The translations under genes were made by a program, and so were the position numbers. From an uncultured Thermomicrobiales bacterium (GTDB taxonomy: Bacteria; Chloroflexota; Chloroflexia; Thermomicrobiales; UBA6265), in the NCBI GenBank assembly GCA_902806405.1, contig CADCWL010000001.1, forward strand, positions 96,029 to 160,028: 64,000 nucleotides of DNA, given 5' to 3'. Within the stretch, counting starts at the first letter, position 1; each line of letters begins with the position of its first letter. This document shows, piece by piece, positions 24,309 to 35,883 of this stretch. The notes beneath the pieces are model-generated. The model ran no database searches, was not told the origin of the DNA, and was given only the letters and a program-made list of their open reading frames with translations.

Positions 24309-25157
24309 CTAACCGATCCCGGACGAGGTGGGCTCCTGCGCGAGGCGGACGACGCGGCGTGCCGCGAGCGCGACCAGCGGAACAAAGACGGTGACGATCC
24401 CGGTCAGGACGAGTACCGCCGTGCCGAGGATCGGCACGACGTCCCCCTGGCCGGGGAGCGACGGCGGTCGGTAACCGAGCGCCCACAGCACCCCGAGCTG
24501 GAAGGCAAGGGCGACCGGCGCGACGAGGGGCCGCGCCCCGCGCGTTGCCGCCCAACCAAAGAAGGCCGCCGCCGCGGCCACGAACGAGACCTCAACGACC
24601 ACGCGAAGGGCAGCGCGCTCGTCGATCTCTCCCGGGAAGCCGAGCATCGCCGGCACGACGAGCGCCGTCGGCAAGAACAGCAGCGACGCCTGGTCGGGGG
24701 CGTCTGCGGCCACGATCGCGGCCAGCAGCGCGACCCCGACCACGGCCGCCATCGCCGCCACCGCCGTCCAGACGAGGGGTGACGCCGACCCGCGTCCTAT
24801 CGAGACGAACGGAACGCGGGCCACCGACGCGTGGAGCGCGACGAGCGGCAGCGGCACGAGCGTTGTGGCCAGGAGCAGGAGCCAGACCCGCCGCCACGTG
24901 GGCAGCTCGAGCTCCCGTGCGAGCAAGACACCGATCGCCTGGGCCGCCACGATGAGCAGCGGCGCAAGCGGGACCGCGACCGTCGGCGTCGGCAGATCGA
25001 GGAACGCCGCGGGCACGGCGAGCCCGCCCGTAATCAGGTACGGAGCCGCCATCCCCGCCGCGTACGCGAGGAGCGAACGGGGGTGGGTCTGGGGCAAGGC
25101 GCTCCGGGTTCCGAACGTGAGCGGAGCCAACGGCGGCGGTTTGGAATCGTCGCGCAT
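24309..25157 (-). CDS. Hypothetical polytopic membrane protein
   Basis: 282 aa with about 7 hydrophobic segments, GC3-rich codons and no recognisable motif. Confidence 0.5.
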   Translation of the reverse strand: MRDDSKPPPLAPLTFGTRSALPQTHPRSLLAYAAGMAAPYLITGGLAVPAAFLDLPTPTVAVPLAPLLIVAAQAIGVLLARELELPTWRRVWLLLLATTLVPLPLVALHASVARVPFVSIGRGSASPLVWTAVAAMAAVVGVALLAAIVAADAPDQASLLFLPTALVVPAMLGFPGEIDERAALRVVVEVSFVAAAAAFFGWAATRGARPLVAPVALAFQLGVLWALGYRPPSLPGQGDVVPILGTAVLVLTGIVTVFVPLVALAARRVVRLAQEPTSSGIG

Positions 25158-25254
25158 CGCCGGGTCGATCGCCTCCCCCCGGCCTGTCGGGCACGGCGAC
25201 CGGCCAGGACGGTCAAAGGTGGCGCCGGGACCGCCGCGCCGATCCGGCCGCCCG

Positions 25255-26148
25255 TTACGCGGGGACGCCTTCCGCTTCCGTAGGCGGGACCAGCTCGGCG
25301 ATCCGTACCTGCCGTCGGCGTCGGTCCTTGAAGGCGGACACCTCGTCGACGCCGCACAAGGTCAGCATCGCCAGGGTTTTCGCCAATCCGGCGCCCACGG
25401 TCTGCGGCGCGTGGGAATCGCTCCCGGTGGTGATCAGCCTTCCGCCGGCGTCCACGTACCACCGCACGATCGCCGGTCCCGGCATGCTCGTCTTTGGGGC
25501 CTGGCGCAAACCGGAGGTATTGATCTCGAAGGCGACGCCCCGTTCGATCATGGCGGCGAAGACCGGACGCAGCTCCTCCCGATAGGCGAGGGGATCGTAG
25601 ATCCGGTGTTCGCGGGGAGCGTAGCGCTTCGGCAGATCGAGGTGACCGATCGAGTCGAACCAGCCGGTCTCGACGGCGTGGCGGACCCGCCCAAAATACG
25701 CGGCAAACACCTCATCGAGGGTGCGATCGGAGAAATAGTCGGGGAAGATGATCCGACCGTCCTCACCGTAGTGGACGGAGCCGATCACGAAATCGTACCG
25801 GTGCGCCTCCAAAAAGCGCCCAACCTCCGTCGCGATCCGCTCGTTGAAGTCGACCTCGACGGCGGCAAGGACCGTCAGGTGGTCCCCGAACTCGGCGCGG
25901 ACGGCATCGACCGACCGGAAGTAGGCCTCGGCGCGGTAGTAACCGCGCCCCATGTCGGCCGGCTCGTGGTCGACGTGGTCGGTGAAGGCGATCTCGGTCA
26001 CGCCCGCCTCGATCGCCGCCCGGCAAGAGGCGGCCATCGGCGCGGTGCAGTCGGCCGAGAACTCACTGTGGACGTGGTAGTCGAACACCGATCCTCCGGT
26101 CAGGCAAGCACGTTGCTGGGATGCCGGGCACTCTACCACGCCGCACAC
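25255..26148 (-). CDS. PHP-family histidinol-phosphatase-like hydrolase
   Basis: VFDYHVHSEFSADC ... FTDHVD ... GSVHY ... GHLD ... TGSDSH metal-ligand pattern of HisJ/PHP phosphatases. The start may be GTG near 26088 (SD GGAGGA) rather than 26148. Confidence 0.8.
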   Translation of the reverse strand: MCGVVECPASQQRACLTGGSVFDYHVHSEFSADCTAPMAASCRAAIEAGVTEIAFTDHVDHEPADMGRGYYRAEAYFRSVDAVRAEFGDHLTVLAAVEVDFNERIATEVGRFLEAHRYDFVIGSVHYGEDGRIIFPDYFSDRTLDEVFAAYFGRVRHAVETGWFDSIGHLDLPKRYAPREHRIYDPLAYREELRPVFAAMIERGVAFEINTSGLRQAPKTSMPGPAIVRWYVDAGGRLITTGSDSHAPQTVGAGLAKTLAMLTLCGVDEVSAFKDRRRRQVRIAELVPPTEAEGVPA

Positions 26149-26230
26149 CGGGTGGCCGCGCGGCGGGCCGCACGGTGTCGCGGTCCTGCCGGGGCACCCT
26201 GGTAGAATCGCGAACCGTGGGGAGGGGGGC

Positions 26231-27025
26231 GTGGAGCTGGGCGCGGTCTGGGACGAGACCCGAGCGGCGCTGACGCGCGCCTACGGCGATCTCGTCGGCT
26301 TCGTGATCGGGGCCATCGAGGCGGTCATTGTCGCGGTCCTGGCAACCTTTGTCGCCCGCTGGCTGCGGCGTCGGCTCAACCGCGGTCTCGCGCACGCCCG
26401 CGTCGATCCGAACCTGACGGCGCTGGCGGCGAACGGGATCACCCTCGGTACCTACGTGATCGCAACCGGGGTCGTGCTGGCGCTGCTGGGTGCGAGTTGG
26501 ACGGCGTTGGTCGCCGTCCTCGGCGCCAGCACCGTCGCGATCAGCCTCGCGCTCCAGGACGTGCTCCGCAACATCGTGGCGGGGGTCTACCTTCTCCTGG
26601 AACGGCCTTTCGCGATCGGGGATCGGATCCGGGTGAAGGACGTCGAGGGTCGGGTGGAGGGCATCGAACTCAGGACCACGGCGCTGCGGACGGTTGCAGA
26701 GGAGCGCGTGCTGGTGCCCAACGCGACGGTCTTCGGCGAAGTCGTCGTCAACCGCTCCGTCGCCGATGTCGTCCGGACGATGGTGACGCTGAGAGGGCCG
26801 GACGCCCCGCTGCCGGAACTAAAAGTGGCCATCGTCGGCGCGCTCGCCGGGCTGGACCACCTGGACGAGCGGGCGACGACCGTCGAGGTGGTGTCGGCCG
26901 GAGTCGACGGTGTCGAGGTCGCGATCGGTGTCGCGCACCCGTACGGCGCCGATCTCACCCAGTCGGTCGTCACCCGTCTCCGCGGGCGCTTCCCGGAGGC
27001 CAGCGTCGGCGTGGCCCGGACCTGA
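26231..27025 (+). CDS. Small-conductance mechanosensitive channel (MscS family)
   Basis: Three TM helices, then LALQDVLRNIVAGVYLLLERPFAIGDRIRVKDVEGRVEGIELRTTALR. Confidence 0.88.
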   Translation: MELGAVWDETRAALTRAYGDLVGFVIGAIEAVIVAVLATFVARWLRRRLNRGLAHARVDPNLTALAANGITLGTYVIATGVVLALLGASWTALVAVLGASTVAISLALQDVLRNIVAGVYLLLERPFAIGDRIRVKDVEGRVEGIELRTTALRTVAEERVLVPNATVFGEVVVNRSVADVVRTMVTLRGPDAPLPELKVAIVGALAGLDHLDERATTVEVVSAGVDGVEVAIGVAHPYGADLTQSVVTRLRGRFPEASVGVART

Positions 27026-27028
27026 ACG

Positions 27029-27646
27029 GTGGGCGATCGCAAGTACGCGTCTCCCCGCCTCGGCGTCTTCGGCGGCACGTTCGACCCGCCCCACGTCGGA
27101 CACCTGATCGTCGCCGCCGAGCTCCGTCACGCGCTCCGCCTCGATCGGGTTCTCTTCGTCCCCGCCGGCTGCCCGCCGCACAAGCCGCAGCCGCTAAGCG
27201 ACGACGCCGATCGGCTGGCAATGGTCCGTCTCGCGATCGAGGGCGACCCGGCCTTTGCCGTCAGCACCGTTGACGTCGACCGCGGCGGTCCCTCCTACTC
27301 GGTCGACCTGCTGACCATCCTGCGAGCGGAACACCCGGCGGCGACGCTCGTTTTTCTCATGGGCGAGGATTCGCTTCGCGACTTTCCGTCGTGGCGGCGA
27401 CCGGGCACGATCGCCACGATCGCCGAACTGGGGGTGGCGTCGCGGCCGGGTGTCGTGGCCGACCTGGCGGCGGTCGAGCGCGCGGTGCCGGAGACCGCGG
27501 GCCGCATCGTCCTCGTGCCGACGCCGTCGATCGGCGTCTCCTCGCGCGACCTCCGCCGGCGCGTTGTGAGCGGTGCGACCATCGCCCACCAGGTGCCGAT
27601 GGCGGTCGAGCGCTACATCCACAACCGGGGCCTTTACCAGAAGTGA
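27029..27646 (+). CDS. nadD: Nicotinate-nucleotide adenylyltransferase
   Basis: LGVFGGTFDPPHVGHL (HxGH) and PSIGVSSRDLRRR (ISST-like) motifs. Confidence 0.93.
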   Translation: MGDRKYASPRLGVFGGTFDPPHVGHLIVAAELRHALRLDRVLFVPAGCPPHKPQPLSDDADRLAMVRLAIEGDPAFAVSTVDVDRGGPSYSVDLLTILRAEHPAATLVFLMGEDSLRDFPSWRRPGTIATIAELGVASRPGVVADLAAVERAVPETAGRIVLVPTPSIGVSSRDLRRRVVSGATIAHQVPMAVERYIHNRGLYQK

Positions 27647-27740
27647 TGCCAGTCCCCGTCGGCGGCGGCGGCGGCGGTGCAGAAGGATGCTCATTCGCCG
27701 GTTCCTTCCCGGCGGGGCGCGACGCCCTGCCGCGGTCGGT

Positions 27741-27770
27741 TTGACCCGGTCCCGAGGCGCCTCCTATACT
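27741..27770 (+). promoter_or_regulatory. Near-consensus sigma-70-type promoter for secDF
   Basis: TTGACC (27741-27746), an 18-nt spacer, then TATACT (27765-27770), about 100 nt upstream of the re-assigned secD start. Confidence 0.55.
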
Positions 27771-27874
27771 CGCCGTATCCGCCCGCCGCGAGGCGGGCCG
27801 TCTTGTGCCCGCCGCTGTCCCACCCGCGCCGTGCCGATGGCGCGTCGGCGCGGGTCTCCCCAAGGAGCGTCCGC

Positions 27875-29311
27875 GTGCGCCGCCGACCCTGGTTCGTTCT
27901 CGCCTTCATCGTCGCCCTGACCCTCTTTACCGGCTGGCTCTCGCTGCCGACCGAGGCGCTGGACATCGGCGGTTTCAAGCAACGCTTCCCGGTCCGGGAG
28001 GGGATCGACCTCCAGGGCGGTCTCCAGGTCGTGCTCGAGGCCGACCCGCCGGCCGGCCAAGAAGTCGACTCCGAGACGCTAGAAGGCACCCGCGCGACGA
28101 TCGAGCGGCGGGTTAATGGCCTCGGCGTCAGCGAGCCGGTCATCCAGACCCAGGGCGACAACCGGATCGTGGTCGAGCTGCCGGGGGTCGACGACCCGCA
28201 GGACGCCGTCAACATCCTTCAGGAGACCGCCCTCCTCGAGATCATCGATCCCCAGGGAAGCTCCCTTCCGCCGGGCGCCTTCGTGAACACGTCGCTCGGC
28301 GCGGCCGAAGGGGGAGAGACGGACGCGACGCCGGTCGCCGCCACGCCGGCGGCGTCCCCCGCGGCATCGCCCATCGCGTCGCCGGCGACCGAGGGCGGAA
28401 CCGGCCCAACCGGACCGGTCTACTCGACGATCGTCCGGGGCGACCAGATCGCCGACGCGTACGTCGGTCAAGACCAGTTCGGGGCGCCGGTCGTCTCCTT
28501 CGAATTGCATGGCGATGGCGCGGATGCCCTCCAGGCGTTCACCCAGGACAATCTCGGCCGGCCGATGTCGATCGTGGTCGACAAGCAGGTCATCTCGACG
28601 GCGACGATCCAAGGCGCCATCTCGAACTCCGGCCAGATCAGCGGAATGAACGCGGCCGAGGTGAACGACCTCGTCATCCAGCTCAAGGCCGGCGCCCTGA
28701 ACGTGCCCTTGAAGGTCATCCAGAACCAGACCGTCGGTCCGTCGCTCGGGCAGGACTCGATCGACCGAAGCATCCTCGCCGGCGCTATCGGGCTCGGCGC
28801 GGTTGCGCTCTTCATGATCTTCTACTACCGGCTGCCAGGCTTCCTCTCGGTCGTGGCGCTGCTCATTTACACGTCGATCACCTTCGCCATCTTCAAGCTG
28901 ATCCCGGTGACCCTGACGCTGGCCGGGATCGCCGGGTTCATCCTCTCGATCGGGATGGCCGTCGACGCGAACGTGCTGATCTTCGCGCGTCTCAAGGAGG
29001 AACTGCGGCAGGGCCGCTCCCTCGGCAGCGCGATCGAGGCCGGCTTCGACCATGCCTGGCCCTCGATCCGCGACTCCAACATCTCGACGATGATCACCAC
29101 CTTCATCCTCTACCTCTTCGGCAACTACACCGGCACCAGCATCATTACCGGCTTCGCGATCACCCTCTTCATCGGCGTCGCCGTCAGCATGTTCACCGCG
29201 ATTACCGTCACCCGCACCTTCCTCCGGCTCCTGGTCGGCGTCGGGATGGCACGCCAGCGCTGGTGGTTCGGGGTCGAGCGGGGACGGGTGGCCGCCGGCG
29301 CCGGGGACTAG
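27875..29311 (+). CDS. secD: Protein translocase subunit SecD
   Basis: Start re-assigned to GTG 27875, 7 nt after AAGGAG (27862-27867), giving VRRRPWFVLAFIVALTLF as TM1. Periplasmic domain plus a C-terminal 5-TM block (GLGAVALFMIFYYRLPG, GFILSIGMAVDANVLIFARLKEE). Confidence 0.93.
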   Translation: MRRRPWFVLAFIVALTLFTGWLSLPTEALDIGGFKQRFPVREGIDLQGGLQVVLEADPPAGQEVDSETLEGTRATIERRVNGLGVSEPVIQTQGDNRIVVELPGVDDPQDAVNILQETALLEIIDPQGSSLPPGAFVNTSLGAAEGGETDATPVAATPAASPAASPIASPATEGGTGPTGPVYSTIVRGDQIADAYVGQDQFGAPVVSFELHGDGADALQAFTQDNLGRPMSIVVDKQVISTATIQGAISNSGQISGMNAAEVNDLVIQLKAGALNVPLKVIQNQTVGPSLGQDSIDRSILAGAIGLGAVALFMIFYYRLPGFLSVVALLIYTSITFAIFKLIPVTLTLAGIAGFILSIGMAVDANVLIFARLKEELRQGRSLGSAIEAGFDHAWPSIRDSNISTMITTFILYLFGNYTGTSIITGFAITLFIGVAVSMFTAITVTRTFLRLLVGVGMARQRWWFGVERGRVAAGAGD

Positions 29312-29376
29312 CAAAGCGAACACCCGTCCACCGCGATTCCGACCGCTCGCGCTGCCAAGGGGACAGGATCGATCCG

Positions 29377-30327
29377 ATGACGAAACTCGCCAGCAAGCGC
29401 CGCCTCTGGTTCGCGATCTCGTTGATCGTGATCATCCCCGGACTCGTCTCTTTGGTTCTCTTTGGCGTGAAGCTCGGCATCGACTTCACCGGCGGGACCT
29501 TATGGGAGGTCCAGTTCGACCGCGCCGCGTCGACCGAGCAAATCCAGGACGTCCTGGCCGCTGCCGGGTTCGACAACAGCGTCGTCCAGCGGGTCGGCAA
29601 CGAGGGCGACCGGACCTTCTCGATCCGGATGCGGGAACTGACCGAAGGTTCGGCCGAGAAGGACGCCGTCGAGGCGGCCTTCATCGAGCAACTTGGTCCC
29701 TTCAACGAGCGCGCGTTCTCGACGATCGGCGGCGCGGTCAGCGGCCAGATCCGCGACCGAGCGATCTTCGCCGTCGCCATGGCCTCGGTCGGCATCCTGC
29801 TCTATATCGCCTACGCATTCCGCAACACGCAGAACCCGATCCTCTACGGCGTCTGCGCGATCGTGGCAATGCTGCACGACGTGCTGGTCGTGGTCGGCGT
29901 CTTCTCGATCCTGGGCGCCGTCGCCGGCGTCGAGATCGATGCCCTCTTCGTGACGGCGCTGTTGACGGTGATCGGGTTCTCGGTCCACGACACGATCGTC
30001 GTCTTCGACCGCATCCGGGAGAACCTGGCCCGCCGGCTAGACGTCTCCTTCGAGGAGGTCGTCAACTACAGCCTCGCCCAGACGCTCGTCCGCTCCATCA
30101 ACACCTCGATCACCGTCACCTTCACGCTCCTCGCGCTCTTCCTCTTCGGCGGCACCACCACCCGCGCCTTTGTCCTCGCCCTCCTGATCGGCGTGATCAG
30201 CGGCACCTACTCTTCGATCTTCAACGCCAGCCAACTCCTGGTCGCCTGGGAGAACGGGGAGATTCAGCGCTTCTTCGGCCGCTCCCGCCGGCGTGGAGTC
30301 CAGCCGGCGGTGGCGACGAGCCGGTAG
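29377..30327 (+). CDS. secF: Protein translocase subunit SecF
   Basis: Start ATG 29377 (MTKLASKRRLWFAISLIVIIPGLVSL). GIDFTGGT and GFSVHDTIVVFDRIREN motifs. Confidence 0.93.
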   Translation: MTKLASKRRLWFAISLIVIIPGLVSLVLFGVKLGIDFTGGTLWEVQFDRAASTEQIQDVLAAAGFDNSVVQRVGNEGDRTFSIRMRELTEGSAEKDAVEAAFIEQLGPFNERAFSTIGGAVSGQIRDRAIFAVAMASVGILLYIAYAFRNTQNPILYGVCAIVAMLHDVLVVVGVFSILGAVAGVEIDALFVTALLTVIGFSVHDTIVVFDRIRENLARRLDVSFEEVVNYSLAQTLVRSINTSITVTFTLLALFLFGGTTTRAFVLALLIGVISGTYSSIFNASQLLVAWENGEIQRFFGRSRRRGVQPAVATSR

Positions 30328-30780
30328 CGGGAAGCTTCGAGGAGCGCCCGTCGCTCCGCCTCGGGTCTCATTCCCGCCTCTCCGCCGTCCGTGTTCTACA
30401 ACCGGGTCGATCGCCCATCTCTCGCCCCCTTACCTCATCTCTGGCCCTGAAGGAGCTTTCAAGGGTCCGCGGTTCTGGGAAAGGTCCCTCCATCGGCAGG
30501 AGAGCGGCGGGGCCTGAACGCACCCGTCTCTAGCGGGGGGCATCGTCCCCTTGCCTGCCCGATTTTCCGGATTCGGGACGCCGTCGGGCGCGTGGTACAC
30601 TGCCGACCCTTGGGGCGCACGCCGGGATAACGTGGGTGTCGGTCGGGCGATGTCGGGTGCGACCCGTCCTTGGTCCGACACCGATTCGGCATGGGCACGA
30701 GTGGCCGCTGGGGGCTCGGCGCGTGGGAATGGACGCGGGCGGCGATCAGTCGCGCCCGTGACAGGTTAGAGGGGGGCGTT

Positions 30781-32943
<2,163 letters not shown>

Positions 32944-32954
32944 CGGGACCGGTT

Positions 32955-32988
32955 GGAATCCAGGACGTGCGGGCTGGGTTCCTGATTT
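32955..32988 (+). terminator. Rho-independent-type terminator after hppA
   Basis: GGAATCCAG-N10-CTGGGTTCC (one G-U pair), followed by TGATTTGG. Confidence 0.5.
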
Positions 32989-33212
32989 GGAAGGGACCCG
33001 ACGTCGGGGCCGTCCTGGGCTCATTGCCTGAGGCGAACCACGAAAGTCGGCCACAGCCCACGAAGGACGGGGTCGATGATCGCTCCGCTCGCCCGGTCGC
33101 TCCCCGCAAATGGTGCTCGGTGTCGCCGGGTCGCCGCTGCCTCCGGCGGCACCGAGGTCGTCTCCGCCGACTGACCGGTATCCGACCGCTGGCTTATCAC
33201 CCCAGGAACTCC

Positions 33213-34607
33213 ATGCTTGCTCCCGACGTCCCCCAGCCCAAGCACGTCGGCGTCGTCGGCGGCGGCATCGCGGGCCTCACGGCCGCTTACCGCCTCGCCC
33301 GCGCCGGCCATCGGGTCACCCTCTGGGAGCGGGGCGAGCGCCTCGGCGGCCAGGCCGTCGCCTTCCCCGTCGCCGGCACCCACCTCGAGCACTTCTACCA
33401 TCACCTCTTCCAGAGCGACCGCGAGATCGTCGCCCTGATCGAGGAGCTCGGCATCGCCGACCGCCTCCTCTGGCTCCCCTCGAACGTCGGGTGGTTCGCC
33501 GAGGGGCGGATCTACCCGCTGAACGGCGCGCTCGATCTTCTCCGGCTGGGCTCGATCCCGCTCGTCGACCGCCTGCGGCTCGGTCTCGTGACCGCGTACC
33601 TGCAGCGGGTCAAGGATTTCCGGCGGTTCGAGGGGGTCACGGCCGAGCGCTGGCTGCGGCGCGCGCTCGGCGCCCGCGCCTACGACCGGACCTGGGGCGC
33701 CCAGCTGCGGGCGAAGTTCGGCCGCTACCACGACCAGGTGGCGATGGTCTGGTTCTGGGGCAAGATCTGGCTGCGCACCACCTCGCGCCGCTCCCCACTC
33801 GACCAGGAGAAGCTCGGCTACATCCGCGGCAGCTTCAACGTCCTGATCGACGGGCTCGCCGACGGGGCGCGACAGGCGGGGGCCGACCTGCGTGTCGGCA
33901 GCGGGCCCTCCGCCCTCGAACCGGACGGGGATGGCGGCTGGCGAGTCCGCCTCGCGGGCGGCGACGAACGGTGCGACGCCATCCTGGCGACCGTCCCCTC
34001 GCCGGTGCTGACCCGGCTCGTGCCGAATCTTCCCGAAGCCTACCGAGCACGGCTCGGCGCGCTCACGTACGAGGCGGCCGCCGTCGTGCTGCTCCAGCTC
34101 AGCCAGCCCCTCTCCGGGATCTACTGGCTGAACATTGCCGACCCCGACCTGCCGTTCACCGCCGTCATCGAGCACACGAACTTCGTCCCCGCCGCCGACT
34201 ATGGGGGGAAGCACTTCGTCTACCTCAGCAAGTACCTGGAGCCGGACCACCCGTACTTCACGCTCCCCGAGGACGAGCTGATCGAGGCCTACCTTCCCGC
34301 CCTCCGACGGATCAACCCCGATTTCAATCGCGCCTGGATCGAACGCCGCTGGGTCTTTCGGGAGCGGGCCGCGCAGCCAATCGTGACCCTGAACCACCGC
34401 GAGAAGATCCCCGACCACCGGACGGGCCTGCCCGGCCTCTACCTCGCCAACACCTCCCAGATCTACCCGGAGGACCGCGGCACCAACTACTCCGTCCGCC
34501 TCGGCAACGACGTCGCCGCCCTGGTCGCGGCGGACCTCGCGGCACCGCTACCGGGTGCGGCGGCGGCTGCGCCCCAGCCCACGACGCCGATTGCGGCCGG
34601 CGCTTAG
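33213..34607 (+). CDS. NAD(P)/FAD-dependent oxidoreductase (amine-oxidase / phytoene-desaturase-like fold)
   Basis: Start ATG 33213. [38 protein letters not shown] dinucleotide-binding motif. C-terminal [24 protein letters not shown]. The ORF-track N-terminal extension from 32856 is rejected. Confidence 0.75.
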   Translation: MLAPDVPQPKHVGVVGGGIAGLTAAYRLARAGHRVTLWERGERLGGQAVAFPVAGTHLEHFYHHLFQSDREIVALIEELGIADRLLWLPSNVGWFAEGRIYPLNGALDLLRLGSIPLVDRLRLGLVTAYLQRVKDFRRFEGVTAERWLRRALGARAYDRTWGAQLRAKFGRYHDQVAMVWFWGKIWLRTTSRRSPLDQEKLGYIRGSFNVLIDGLADGARQAGADLRVGSGPSALEPDGDGGWRVRLAGGDERCDAILATVPSPVLTRLVPNLPEAYRARLGALTYEAAAVVLLQLSQPLSGIYWLNIADPDLPFTAVIEHTNFVPAADYGGKHFVYLSKYLEPDHPYFTLPEDELIEAYLPALRRINPDFNRAWIERRWVFRERAAQPIVTLNHREKIPDHRTGLPGLYLANTSQIYPEDRGTNYSVRLGNDVAALVAADLAAPLPGAAAAAPQPTTPIAAGA

Positions 34608-34736
34608 AGGACGCCCCCTACCCTCCTTCCGGAAGGGACGCCCGACCCCGGCGGCGCAGCGTTCACGCGCGCGGCAATTCCTGCGATGCTTCCGGACGGA
34701 GCGGGTCGTCGGCCGCAAGCAACGGGAGCGATGTCG

Positions 34737-35867
34737 ATGCGAAGCGTATTCCTGCGACGTCCGGCGCTGCCCGCGCCACTGCAGCGGCGCCCGAACGTCC
34801 CCGCCGTCCTCTCGGAACGCCGTGTCGCCTGGCTCGGCGCCGTCATCACGGTGCTCAGCCTCTTCCACCCGGCCGGTGCGGCCGCGCACGCTCGCTGGTT
34901 CACCGAGGAAGGGTCCCACTCCTCCCTCGAGTGGGGTCGGCTCCTGTCGCTGCCGGTCGCACTGGCGATCCTGAGCGGCGGCGCGGTCGTGCTGCTCCTC
35001 GGGCTCCTGCAGCGAGCGCTCGGGGACCCGCTCTGGCCGCGCCCCCCCTTCTTCCAGCGCCTGGAGCCGAGCGTGGCGGCCATCCTCGGCGTGCAAACCG
35101 CCATCACCATGATATTTATGGCGAGCAGGCTCAAGTTGTTCGTGCCAAACATCGAGCTGCCGAGGAACATCGTCGGCTTGCTCATCGCCGGTGTCGTTCT
35201 CTTGGCCGCATTCTCGTTCATCACGGGGGTGCTGACGCGCTGGGGAGCGCTGATCACGATCGGCCTGGTCCTGCTGGGCCTCGTCTTCGCGCCGTGGTAC
35301 GAGGTGCTGGAGCAAGCAATCTTCGTCGGGATCGCCATCTACCTCGTCGCGGTCGGGCGTGGGGTGGTGCGCTACGCGGACGGTTCCGAGGAGGACCGGA
35401 GCCCGCTCAGCGACCGACTCCTCCCCTACGCCCTCCCGGTGCTGCGCGTCTCGGCCGGGGTCTCGGTCCTGGTTCTCGGCTTCACCGAGAAGCTGATCAA
35501 CAACGATCTGGGCGTCGCGTTTTTGAACGACCACCGGCGCTTCAACGTGGCGCACGAGGTCGGCCTGACCTGGTTCACCGACGAGCGGTTCGTCTACGCG
35601 ATCGGCATCATCGAGGCGACCGCGGGGATCGCGCTCCTCTCCGGTTACCTCACGCGCGTCGTGATCCTGGCCCTCTGGATCCCGTTCAATCTGGGGATCG
35701 CCTTCCTCCCCGCAGAGGAACTGATCGGCCACCTGCCGATCCTGTCGACGATGTACGTGCTGCTGGTGCGCGGCACCGAGGGCATTCCGCCGCCGGTCGA
35801 GGAGTCGGCTCGGGAGCGAAGCCCGATGCCCCGGCAGCGCGCCGCCGCGGCAGCCGGGTTGCCGTAG
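34737..35867 (+). CDS. Hypothetical polytopic membrane protein
   Basis: About 376 aa with 8-9 hydrophobic segments and GC3-rich codons. Start placed at ATG 34737, 8 nt after GGGAG. No family recognised. Confidence 0.5.
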   Translation: MRSVFLRRPALPAPLQRRPNVPAVLSERRVAWLGAVITVLSLFHPAGAAAHARWFTEEGSHSSLEWGRLLSLPVALAILSGGAVVLLLGLLQRALGDPLWPRPPFFQRLEPSVAAILGVQTAITMIFMASRLKLFVPNIELPRNIVGLLIAGVVLLAAFSFITGVLTRWGALITIGLVLLGLVFAPWYEVLEQAIFVGIAIYLVAVGRGVVRYADGSEEDRSPLSDRLLPYALPVLRVSAGVSVLVLGFTEKLINNDLGVAFLNDHRRFNVAHEVGLTWFTDERFVYAIGIIEATAGIALLSGYLTRVVILALWIPFNLGIAFLPAEELIGHLPILSTMYVLLVRGTEGIPPPVEESARERSPMPRQRAAAAAGLP

Positions 35868-35883
35868 CGTTCCTGATCGCGCG

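Noticed and set aside
30645-30700. GGCGATG... sequence upstream of hppA, considered as a fluoride (crcB-motif) riboswitch
   Set aside because: The remaining conserved elements of that class as I recall them (the second GATG-containing strand and the conserved 3' segment) are absent.
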